Part shown: positions 63,101-64,000 of the stretch, one piece after another
Layout: each line of letters opens with the position of its first letter
Numbering within the stretch: position 1 is the first letter of the stretch
NCBI GenBank assembly: GCA_964016885.1
Contig: OZ024743.1
Location: 21,700,001-21,764,000 of the forward strand
Source of the DNA: Eledone cirrhosa
Lineage: Eukaryota
Length of the DNA: 64,000 nt
Reading direction: 5' to 3'
Notes under the pieces: generated by a model
The model's database searches: none
Told to the model about the DNA's origin: nothing
Seen by the model: the letters and a program-made list of their open reading frames with translations, nothing else
Position numbers and translations under genes: made by a program

Positions 63101-64000
63101 ATGGAAAGACATCATTGCACAATCAAGGCCATTGCCGAGAGGGGTTATATTGTACTGGGTATAAATAGGTTATTTGTTGGTGACCAGGTATGTGTTTACC
63201 AAATGTAATCGGATTTAATTTGATGTGTTATTGAACGAATTGGTCAGTGGTTTATTGTTGCATGGCAGGAATTTGTAGTAATAACCGTTGGCTTGATGGG
63301 TGAATGTGTAAATTGACCTTTCCCACATAGAGCGCTGTGTTGAATGCTGTAGTGAATGAACAATAAGCAAGACCCACTACTTAAATAATTTCATTAATTA
63401 ATAACTTGCTTCAAAGCTATTATGACAATATAGGAAACAATAGATATTCACAGTAAAATTGTGTGAGTGTTAGTGTGATTGTTTGGTGTAGTTGTTTGTA
63501 GTAATAGTGTTGGAATTTGTATATAACTAAACTTTGTTCATAGAATGGCTGTCTTAGCTTGCTGGCCTAAAGGCTGTGAATTCAACAAGTCTGAGTAAAT
63601 CTATTGAGAATTACATCGTTCTGCTGCTGTCTTTTGTAAACTGGGGTAAACTGCCTTGGACAACCAAGGGTAGATTACTTTATGAGGATGACATTACTTT
63701 ATGACAATAAGCATATGACCTCAAGAAAACCATTTCTCAAGACAATTTGGCGATACAAGTCCCAAACAAAGGAAGTATTTATCTATGAGGCCAAAAGGTC
63801 AGCGTCTGTGGTCGCAGTTACCTATTTAGGTGGGGGGGGGGGCTCACACACAACAAATAGAATGCACAGCCCCCCCCCCCCCATACACACACATTTTACA
63901 TATCAAATTTAGCTTGGTGCAAGTAATGGCATTTAAAAAGTTATAAATACAGGTATTAAATTCAAAAATTCTAACCATTCTAAAACTAAAAAGCCCAGCT

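Overview
Eukaryotic, AT-rich, repeat-saturated DNA with no supportable host protein-coding gene. The SINE/LINE/MITE motifs resemble octopus (coleoid) repeats, but that is recalled resemblance, not a search result. Main contents: (1) a young, 5'-truncated RTE-clade LINE with an intact RT ORF carrying a PHD-like Cys/His finger inside the RT domain (495-2627); (2) an ~18.3 kb array of a 51-bp satellite (~358 units) with layered higher-order duplications (20714-39007); (3) a near full-length but disrupted L1/Tx1-like LINE (48518-54423) between (ATT)n tracts directly behind a CR1-like LINE; (4) many SINEs, TTAA/piggyBac-type MITEs, microsatellites and CRE/Gypsy relics. The most unusual signal is a set of short, mutually unrelated elements embedded in (TA)n tracts. 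They carry type-I hammerhead ribozyme motifs with palindromic helix III and/or fold-back inversions (2724-2805, 6746-6805, 11594-11720, 40579-40732), consistent with Penelope-like/retrozyme termini. Two RTE-type copies also show twin-priming-like 5' inversions.
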